A stretch of DNA of 61,000 nt, the filler included, from Sluysia triapertura (lineage: Eukaryota): NCBI GenBank assembly GCA_046118255.1. It is 5 parts of 5 records of this genome, joined end to end, with 100 filler letters (N's around TTAATTAATTAA, not from the genome) between each part and the next. Parts side by side here need not be neighbours in the genome. Positions count along the whole stretch, not along the records: positions 49,961 to 61,000 come from JBJNIA010189742.1; 4 more parts are not named here. One strand, 5' to 3'. Within the stretch, counting starts at the first letter, position 1. Each line of letters starts with the position of its first letter. Under the pieces are notes generated by a model. It saw only the letters and a list, made by a program, of their open reading frames with translations. It was not told where the DNA came from and made no database searches. A program made the position numbers and the translations under genes. Below, piece by piece: positions 51,608 through 61,000 of this stretch.

Positions 51608-52282
51608 TCAGAAGCAGATGATACAGAAACATTCAAAATTTGTTTGGAATTGTGGAGTAATATTGTTGCAGATTTGTATAGGCAAAGTCAAGAGGGTGGA
51701 TTTGGTCAGGTGACGCAGCATTTTTATGCACTAATATTGTCCAGACTTAGACGAATTATTATTTCAAGAATGGCAACACCAGAAGAGGTATTGGTAGTCG
51801 CAAATGATCAAGGTGAAGTTGTACGAGAATTCATGAAAGATACTGATAGCATTAACTCGTATAAAAATACGAGAGAATGTTTAGTTTATTTAAACCATTT
51901 AGATTATAATGATATTGATCATATTATGACTGAAAGATTAAGAGAGTTCATGAAAGATTCTGATAGCATTAACTTGTATAAAAATACGAGAGAATGTTTA
52001 GTTTATTTAACCCATTTAGATTATAAAGATATTGATCATATTATGACTGAAAGATTAAGAGAGTTCATGAAAGATACGAGAGAATGTTTGGTTTATTTAA
52101 CTCATTTAGATTATAAAGATATTAATCGTATTATGACTAAAAAATTACATAAACAAATGGATGTTTCTGAATGGAGTTGGAAAAATCTCAATACACTTTG
52201 TTGGGCTATTGGGTCTATATCTGGTTCAATGACAGAAGATCATGAGAGAAGATTTCTGGTTGTTATAATTCGCAAATTGTTA
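51608..52282 (+). pseudogene. XPO1: Exportin-1 (CRM1) fragment, intronless, with internal tandem triplication
   Basis: SE..TETFKICLELW...ISRMATPEEVLVVANDQGEVVREFMKDTDSIN..YKNTRECLVYL.HLDY...EWSWKNLNTLCWAIGSISGSMTEDHERRFLV matches the CRM1 HEAT8-10 region. Flanking parts of ORF 51452-52600 are non-homologous. Confidence 0.9.
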
Positions 52283-53929
52283 GATTATATAAAGTTTTTA
52301 TTGACTGATAATATTTTTCAAAATTTTGACATTTTCAAGTTGATAATATGTATGAAAACCTTTTATAAAGTGGAGTTGATTTTAATGTATGATGCTTTTA
52401 AGATAACTTTTTATACGCTTGATAAAATCAAAATTGAATATATCAACTTAACTAGTTATGTTTTATTTCAATTCTTAATGAACAAAAATTTAAAATATTT
52501 TCGTGTTTTGAAAGACCTTAAGTCATATTTTGCTCTAACTAAATTTGTAAATGTTAATTTTAAATCCTTTATAATTATACCCCGGCCATTGCAACATTAA
52601 TAAAAGATTTTAAGTAGGAATTTTTCATCAACACTAAATGGTTGCAAAAACCTAAATAAATTGATTAACGGATTAATTTTGAATTGAATGTGGTCAATTT
52701 TAAATCGAATGTTGCCAATTTTGAATTGATATCGTTTTTCCTATTAGGATTTGTAAAATGTACGACGCAAAATTTTTTGTTATTTTACTAAAATTTTGTT
52801 GTGAATTTTTTTGTTTGATTTTTAAGGCCATTTGTAAAATTTAAACAAAATTTTCATAATTTTGCAAAGTATTTATTAAAATTCTTTAAATAATCCGTCA
52901 ATCAAATTTAATTAATGTCATTTATTGTTATAAAATTATATTATTATTAATCAATGTTAAAATATAAAACTGTACAAAAAATATAATAAATTATATTATA
53001 TTTAATTATTTTGTCAATGTTAAAATTATACATACAAATATTGATTTTCTTCAAAAGTTATTAATATAGTTACATAAATTGATTCACCAAACAATGATCA
53101 CAACAATATAAACGTAACTAACAAAACTCAATCAAAATTCACATAGCATTAAGAAAGTCTTAAAATTCGTGCAAGTATTTTATTTTACTTGAGTCAAATG
53201 ATTACATAATCTTTATAAAGTTGTAAAATTGATTAATTATTTTATTTTTAAATCCTGTGGACGAGCCCTTAACTGTGTTAGAGTCGGATCACAGGCGAAC
53301 TCATAAATTATTAAAAACAATTGTGATCGTAGGTTTTCATTAGGAAACCAAATCAAATTTAATCCCTAATTTCATTCTTTTTATTCATATTATATATATT
53401 ATCATTTTTGTTTTGAAAGTATTTTTCGTTAATGAATTAATCATCATTTATTATATATAAATTTAAGTCACATTTAGACCAAAAATTATATATAATTTTA
53501 AATTTAATGTCTTATCTATAAGCCAATCCTCTAAGTAGCTACTTACCATAAAAGTTATAAGTTAAAATTAGTTAAATCTAATAAAGATGCCAATTTAAAA
53601 TTTTAAGACACTTCCTATAATTTTTCAATTAATATTTTGTTTAAGCAAATTTTATAACAATTTCGGTTTCAAAATTTATTTATTTTGTCACTAGCCTAAA
53701 ATGCTATGAATGAGGGTTTTCTATAATGAGTGGATTATAACCTTATGGTAGACATTTATGTAGAAATTTCTTGTACGTTAGTTTATTATATTATTACTTA
53801 ATACTCCGAACTAGATGGTTTTGTATGATAAAAGAAGTTATCATATTTACTGTACTTATTGGTTTTGATGGTGTACTTAATGATTTTGATGGTTTATCTC
53901 CGTTTAACTTTTAATACACTTTTTGTAAC

Positions 53930-56900
53930 TTTTCTATTTCTTAAATTATATTCATTATTTGGTGCTAATTTACATCGATTTACATGTACCACAAAAGTTT
54001 CTGCATTCATATCATTAGGTTTCTTTATATATAAATTAGTAGAAGTTGCTTTCATTACTTCATAAGGTCCTTTGAATATCCTGGCTTTGCTATTGGATAA
54101 TCTACTAATACTTTATCTCCTATTTTAAAATTATGTTCATTTGCCTTTTTGTCATAATTATCTGTATAAGTTTCCTGAGTAAAACGTATTTGTAATCCGG
54201 CGCGTTTCCAAGCATCTTGTAGGTTTTCTCTCATAATAGTAACATATTCTGGAGTTTCTATATATTGAGATGAAGGTGGAATCCAATCTAAATCTACTGG
54301 CATGTTTGAATGTCAACCATGCATAAGGTAAAATGGTGTAAAATTAGTAGCAGGATGCACTGAGCTTCTATACACAAATAAGAATGGTGATACATATAAG
54401 TCCCAACCTTTCTGTCTTTCATTTACATATTTATTAATGTTCTATTAAATCTTTCTACTAATCCATCTGTTTGTGGATGTATGGTGATGTATATATTTTT
54501 AAAATATTAAATACATTTGCAACATATTTTATTACATCACTAGTAAAATTGGTTCCTTGGTCAGTTAATTACTTTCTTGGAGTTCCATATCTACATATTA
54601 TTATTCTACTAATATTTGAGCTACAATTTCAGCTTTCTGATTAGGTATTGGATATGCTTCTGTCCATTTTGTTAAATATTCAGCGAATACTATTATATAT
54701 TTATTTCCATTTATTGTTTCTGGCAATGGTCCTATTATATCCATTGCGGTGAATTCCATTGGAGATAATGGTATAGGCAATGGTCTTAATGATACTTTTG
54801 TTTTTATCCAAGTATTCTTTCTTCTACAGCAGATTGCACAATTCTTACACCATTTTCTAATGCCTTCTTCCACACTGTCCAATAATATGCATTTTTTTAA
54901 TTCTTGATAATGCTTTTCTTGTTGATAAGTGCCCCCCTAGTTGTCCATCGTGATATTGGATTAATAGTGGTGTTATAAGAGATTTTGGTATTATTGTTTT
55001 CCATTTATCTTTTGAATCTCTGAAACGTAGTATACCATCTGTTATTGATAATTTTTTAGCTTGATCTTCATTTAATAATCCCTTCGCGATTGCTTCAAAT
55101 GCATATGATATTTTCTCATCTTCTCTTTGATGTTTTATTATTTCTTTTGGTTCTTCAGCTTTTCCCCAAATTGATATTATTTGTATAAAATTTACATTTC
55201 CTTGTTCATCTATATTTGTCAGTCTGGACATACAGTCAGAACCATTGTTCATTGATCCTGGTTTATATTTTATTTGTAAATCGAATTCCGCTAATTTTGT
55301 AAACATCTATTTAATCTGCTAACTTCCTCTCTGTGATTGTATAGGTATGTTAATGATTTATGATCGGTGTACAGAAGTACTTTTTTATCCTAATAGATAG
55401 TGTCGGAAGAGTTTACACGCGTATACTATTGCTAAACATTCTTTTTCAATTGTAGAATAATTTAATTCAGCTTTATTTAGTCTTCTACTTGCATATGCTA
55501 TAACACCTTCTAAGTTTTCATTATTTTTCTGTCCCAGAATTGCTCCTATTGCAAAGTTACTAGCATCCGTTGTTAGTATAAATGGTGTGCTCATATCTGG
55601 GAACATTAGTATTGGTGCAGTTGTTAATCTTTTCTTTAAATCAATGAATGCTTTTGTTTGTTCTTCTGTCCACTTGAATATTGCATTCTTTTGTGTTAAC
55701 ATTCTTAATGGTCTAGCTATTTTTGCAAAATCTTTCACAAATATTCTATAATAATTAGCTAATCCTAATTTAGCTAATCTTTACATTATCTGGTGGTGGA
55801 AATTTCACAACTTTTTCTATATTTTTTGGATTTGGTTTTATGCCTTTGTGTGAAACTATGTGTCTTAAAAATTCAACTTGTTCTTCTGCCCATACGCATT
55901 TAGTCGATTTAATTTTTAATCTTGCCACCTCTAATCTTTTTAATATGTTATCAATATCTACTACGTGGGTGTCAAAATCCTTTGAGAATATGATTATGTC
56001 ATCAATGTAAACCATAACGTTTTTACAACCGCATAGTACGAAGTTCATACATCTTTGAAATGTCGCCGGCGCACCTGTTAATCCGAACGGCATCTTTTCG
56101 CATTCATATAGTTCATTTCCGCACGAAAATGCTGTTTCTCGGTTATCTCGATTTGCCAGTAACCACACTGCAGATCTAATGTAGTGCAATATTTAGCATT
56201 TCCTAATTTATCTAACATCTCATCAATTCTCGGTAATGGAAATACATCTTTTCTTGTAATTTTATTCAATTCTCTGAAGTCGATACAAATTCTCATAGTT
56301 TCATCCTTTTTCTTAACTAGTGATGAGAATGGAGAAAAGCTCGGTCTAATGACTCCGGCCTTTTTCATTGTATCTATTTGATATTTCATCTCTTGTTGAT
56401 TACATAATGGAATTCTATAAGGTTTCTTCCTAATTACTTTATCTTCTATTAACGGAATTTCATGTTTTATTATAACGGAATCTCCAATATCACATTTATT
56501 TCTTGCAGTTGCCCAAGGATATCTGTAAATAACTTTATATAATGTTTCCTTTCGTTGTTTAGTTAAATTCTTATTCTTTATTTGTATCTTTTCACAATCT
56601 TCTTCATCTTCAATGTTTCTTTGAAGTCTTATATTCTTATTTTTTAATTTGTTACTTGAATCATCCGACATCATGTTTATTTGTGTTTGCAGTTTATAAT
56701 TAACTATTTCTCCCAATTTGGTGCCTGCATAAAGCCATTTATTTTCATCTGTATAATTTATTATTCTTATCGGTATATTTCCATCATTAATTCTGCATAT
56801 TGAATCAGCAATTCCTATATTTAATTTCTCTTTATTATTTTTCGAAGCTATAAACATTATTGGGCCATTTCTTAAACTATTTGCTTTTCCTGGTTCTTCT

Positions 56901-57262
56901 AATATAACATCATCGTCATCAATTGATCTATCTGTATATCTATCCATTAATTTTGCTCTGCTAAAATTTAATGAGACTCCTTTTAATTGTGATAGTACAT
57001 CCATACCTAATACCATGTCATCTGGACATTATCTCATTACCCTACATTTTATTTCAATTTTGTTTTGGCCAATTTCACATAATATTTTTAGTACTCCTAA
57101 AATTTCAATTGCATCTCCAGCTATTCCTGTTAAATATGAATGTTGTTTAGCTAAATTATTTAATTCTTTAGTAGTTAATAATGATTCGCTTATTAATGAA
57201 GCAACTGCTCCTGTATGAACTAATGCAGATAACATTCTACCATTAACTCTCATGTGTAGCAT
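53930..57262 (-). pseudogene. pol: Ty3/gypsy pol: protease - RT - RNase H - integrase
   Basis: PR ALVHTGAVAS (catalytic D->H) and VLGMD; RT RICIDFRELNKITRKDVFPLPRIDEMLD, MPFGLTGAPATFQR, YIDD; RH TDASNFAIGAILGQ, YSTIEKECLAIV; IN H-x-H (YHDGQLGGHL), CAIC, AMDIIGP, TDQGTNFTS, HPQTDGLVERFN, C-terminal VVHVNRCK. Integrase after RNase H gives the gypsy order. Confidence 0.97.
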
Positions 57263-57392
57263 AGATCTTCGTGCACTGTTATAATTATTATTAGCGCATA
57301 TTATATAAACTAGATTTCTTGGAGGTGGTTGATATAAACTTTGTTTTTCTTCATTGACTGGTTCAATATTTATTGTTTGTAATGTGATTTCT

Positions 57393-59250
57393 TCAGTTTG
57401 TTTTCTCTTTCTTTAAAGCATTTAATTGAGCATAAGCGTGATGATGTAATAAGAACTTAGCTAAAAATGGAAAGCAACCTATTATTAATTTCCAAGTGAA
57501 ACCTGATATTTTGTAAATACCTACGACTGAAAATATTTGAGAGATTATAAGAGCAATTAATTTAATAATTAAGTATATACCTATTAAACCTGAAAAGGCT
57601 TGACATATAACTAAGAAATTTCCTCAAATTTTTTTTAAAGTGTTGTGTGTTGCTTTCTTAAAATGGTCAAGTCCTAATAGTAATTCAAAATTTATTTTAC
57701 CATCTTCTTCCACTATTGCTTTATCAACAATATCAGTAAGTACTTTAGATCTTTTAATTGGAAATAAAATTTCATGCGAAGCTGCCTGAATATCTTCAGT
57801 TGAATAGATTCCAGATCTTGGAATCTTTTTAGTAGCTGAAAATTTTAATTTAGTTTTTAATTCTGTTAAACCTATAATTTCCGGTATCTTAACTTGGCTT
57901 CGATATGGTAAAGATATCCAAAGATGATCATCGATTTTATATATCCGGAGCCATTACATTAGAGCAGTGTAAAGTTTTTGGTTTAAGTTTATTAGTTGGC
58001 ATAATAATTCTCGTAACTGGTTCTAAATAAGTATTTGATTTTTATATATCACTGGTAATTCATTAGTACATTTGCTTTCTTGCCTGATTTGCACTTCTTT
58101 TTACATTTATGTATATAGAACATCACCTACCAAATACTCCTTCTTCTAACGGAAGTAGAGGTGCCACTAAGTCTGGGTTAGTTATTGCTAATGATAATTT
58201 AGTTCTTAATATTTCTTTGTTTAATTGGCAATCTCTAGCTTGATAAACTTTTTCTAATGACATAAGTCCTAAATGATAATAAAAATCAATTTTCTTATTA
58301 AAATATGCATTCAATTATAGATTCTTTGTATCTATTCCTTTCTTGGCTTGTAGCATAATCTTTTCTGATAAATATATTCCTTGGTAGTTTGTTTCTTGTC
58401 CACATCTAATTACTAATTTCTTCGATACAAATATTAATCCATTTTCTTCTTTATTCGCCATTAACATTGTTGGAGTTTCGATTTCATGAAGTCTTTTCCT
58501 TTCTGGTATATCTAAATTATCTTTATAAATTTGTTTTTTATTTATTTCTTCCACAGCTAATTCATCTTCATTTTGGTACATAAATCCTGAAATTAGATTA
58601 AACTTAATTTGTTTTAGAAATATTAGAGGACATAGAAATTTTTCCAATTCATATATTAGTATAGATTGTTTGATCACTTCTACTAAATGGTCTAGACATC
58701 ATAGTTCCTTTTTCCAAATTAAAACTTTCTTTAAAAGATTTTAAACTTACTACGATATTATGATAAATCTTTCCTTCATATTCTATTGATCTTCTTTCAT
58801 AAGTACCGTCAATTAATACATTACCAGCTGTTCTAATATTATAAATTATTTTCTCATTATTTTAAATTCTTAATTTGACTTCTTTATATATCCAGTTTCG
58901 AGTGCATCACGACAATTATTCGGTGATATTTTAAAAGGTTTTAGTATATTTGACATATCAATAATCGAAGAATGACTATGGTGTCCACAATACCAGATTA
59001 CTACAGATCTTTTAACTAAACATTATCTAACCAGTGTCGTAACCAAATTTCCTTTTTGATAAACATTTAATATTTTCATATCTTTTATTTTGACTCCATT
59101 CGGTCTCGATTCAGGACAATCTTCAGTGTCCAATAAAGAGAACTTTCTTCCAATTTGGGGTTGACTACAATCAAAAGCTTTTATAGCATTAGTTTTTTGA
59201 ATTCCGAATAATGCCAAAAAAAAACAAATATAAATAACACATTATTTATT
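57393..59250 (-). pseudogene. env: Envelope glycoprotein of the chuvirus-glycoprotein-like type
   Basis: Signal peptide NNVLFIFVFF/LALFGIQKTNA|IKAFDCS...FSLLDTEDC; CLVKRSVVIWYCGHHSHSS; DCQLNKEILRTKLSLAITNPDLVA; CTNELPV; SGIYSTEDIQAASHEILFP; KKI(W)GNF followed by TM AFSGLIGIYLIIKLIAL...IYKISGFTWKLIIGCFPFLAKFLLH. These match in order the motifs of chuvirus-like glycoproteins (AYDC...SLLD.C; YCGMHSH; C.L....L..AL.LA...PD; CY.ELPV; SGIY...IMFP; W..F + TM). Confidence 0.85.
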
Positions 59251-59347
59251 GAAGTTCCGAATTGTGGGAATGATCCATTTGTATTTCCTTTATTATTAAT
59301 TAGTCTGGATATCATATTAACTGGTTCTTTTTTTCTTTATCTTTGTC

Positions 59348-59709
59348 TTTTACAGTATTTTTCCATCCTCCTAATTGTTCAATTAGAGTACCTCATTTCT
59401 TATCGGTGAAATTTATAACCTTATCTATTTATTCTTGAGTTAAGAGCGTAGCTTTATTAAATTGAAATATTATGTAAGCCATTATTATTTTAAGTCTATC
59501 TTTATTAATTCCAGCGTTAATCTGTCTGTTTAATATATTTTTATATTGAGCATTATCTATGAAATCATTTATAACTGCATTCTTATATCTTTCTTCCATA
59601 ACTTTAATTATCTTAGTTAATGCAATTTTGTATTCCCTTAATTCAAAAGCGTCTTATCAGAGTTAGAGAATTTATTAGATAATAGTGCGTAAATTATAGT
59701 TTTAGTACT
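59348..59709 (-). pseudogene. Bcl-2-family-like domain (not in ORF track; one frameshift, two stops)
   Basis: Hand translation: STKTIIYALLSNKFSNSD (BH4-like; cf. Bcl-xL SNRELVVDFLSYKLSQ) / EYKIALTKIIKVMEERYKNA (BH3-like; AVKQALREAGDEFELRYRRA), YKNILNRQINAGINKDRLKIIMAY (BH1-like; [24 protein letters not shown]), KK*GTLIEQLGGWKNTVK (BH2-like; WIQENGGWDTFVE). Confidence 0.7.
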
Positions 59710-59929
59710 TAAAGTTTCTTCTATATTATTATAAGTAATTTTTGTCAGATCAATAAGTTTTCTATGTATTGGGGTTGGTATTATTGTTTCGTCATCATTA
59801 TCTTGAATTTTTCTTGGTCTACTTGTGTGGAGGGCAATGTATAATTGAATTTAAACAAACTGTTAATATTTTCATTTAATTTTAATTTTTCATCGAAAAT
59901 ATTCAAAACGTTAATTAAGTAAAAACATT

Positions 59930-60395
59930 TTAATTTTAATTTAATTATCCATAACAAAATAGGTTTCAGGCCTGTAAAAATTAATAAATTTAAAACAGTA
60001 ACAAAATTTGCCATCTTATTATTTATAAACAATAAAAAAATAAATAGCAATTATAAACGAATTTAATAATAAAACTAGCTCGATTAATTTCAATCTAAGT
60101 GTTACGATCAAAAATTCTGTTAAGACAAATATTGAATTAATAATAAGGAAAATTGTTAATGCAAAAAAACTGAGAAGTTGGGAAAATTGACATCCACTCA
60201 AGTAAAGACCAAATCGTTATGAATCCACTAAATATTAATACAATAATTTCAGTTGGTACCAAAAGTAATAATCTATTAAATAAAACTTTACGATTTTTAT
60301 AATAAATATACGTTCCATAACCAAACGTAATGATAATTGAAACTATATCCAAAATAGAGGATGTATTTTATTACTACTGTTAACTAATTCATTCA
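59930..60395 (-). pseudogene. Frameshifted multi-transmembrane protein remnant, possibly GPCR-like
   Basis: Joining overlapping minus ORFs gives MNELVNSSN..ILDIVSIIITFGYGTYIYY-KNRK-VLFNRLLLLVPTEIIVLIFSGFITIW..GCQFSQLLSFFALTIFLIINSIFVLTEFLIV..., about 5 hydrophobic segments with a Cys before the third. AT-rich DNA can mimic this. Confidence 0.25.
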
Positions 60396-61000
60396 TATGA
60401 TGTATTAAGTAATTCTGTGAAACTATGTAATTAACATAAATTGGATGATGTATTTGGTAATAGTTCATAATTTATAATATCGATCACAATATTAATTAGG
60501 AATTATTTAATCTTTATACTTATATTTTTTTAATTATTTTTAGGGAATTAATAGATAACAAAGAGAGTAAACAAAGTACTGATATAATGGTTTGTACATA
60601 TTTAATTTGTAGTAAATTGTGTTATCACTTTCTGCATACATAGTATTTCTGTATGTTTTTGGATCTCAGTATTTATTTATATTTGACATTAAAGCACTGT
60701 TATCTAAATGGTAAAGTAAATGTAGAAATTCCAAATAAATTCAATTATTTTGAGTAAAAGCATAAGACATAGAGTGTTTGAACATCAAATCAATTGCCAC
60801 TATAATTTTAAATCATAAATCCAATCATCGAATATTTAAATGATTGAATGTACTGTTACCGTGAACATTTAGAAGGCATTTTGATTTAAATTGATTTTGA
60901 AATAATGAAAAAATTAATTTCTATGAAATGTAGTATCACAAATATATTTATTGTTTTGATGAAGATGTTTCTTTCATAAAGTTTGGCGGATTTAATCTTA

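Larger units (their letters stand above)
53900..59830 (-). mobile_element. Decayed Ty3/gypsy (Metaviridae) element with Bcl-2-like domain and envelope glycoprotein upstream of pol
   Basis: Co-oriented coding segments with no non-coding spacer between them, broken only by stops and single frameshifts (see sub-features). No LTR pair, PBS or gag identified in the window. Confidence 0.85.

Noticed and set aside
57410-57420. T-TTA-AAG slippery-like heptamer at the env/protease junction suggesting programmed -1 frameshifting
   Set aside because: The -1 frame hits a stop within ~15 codons, while the protease is in the +1 frame. A decay indel is the simpler explanation in an element with many frameshifts.
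25483-59830. A functional gene cluster of PKHD1L1, HCF1, XPO1 and the retroelement
   Set aside because: PKHD1L1, HCF1 and the XPO1/retroelement segment are on different contigs joined by artificial spacers.

Overview
Very AT-rich eukaryotic (metazoan) genomic DNA. The (AAT)n microsatellites, ~40-nt introns and mariner content are reminiscent of a free-living flatworm such as a planarian, but that is inference. The window is not one contiguous locus: four identical 100-nt spacers (44 N + TTAATTAATTAA + 44 N) join five separate contigs. Host genes are a partial multi-exon fibrocystin-L/PKHD1L1-like gene (+, 25.5-37.3 kb), the 3' three exons of host cell factor (HCF1-like; -, 40.7-48.6 kb), and intronless degraded fragments of COPS2 and exportin-1, the latter with an internal triplication. 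Mobile DNA includes several Ty3/gypsy remnants, a deleted mariner, a Helitron helicase remnant, piggyBac- and Harbinger-like ends, and a small TG...CA element carrying a tRNA-Cys-like gene. The most interesting feature is a decayed Ty3/gypsy element at ~53.9-59.8 kb (-). Its reading frames reconstruct to one polyprotein ordered Bcl-2-like domain, internal signal peptide, chuvirus-type envelope glycoprotein with TM anchor, protease, RT, RNase H, integrase. This is an enveloped retroelement with env placed upstream of pol and an apoptosis-regulator-like cargo.
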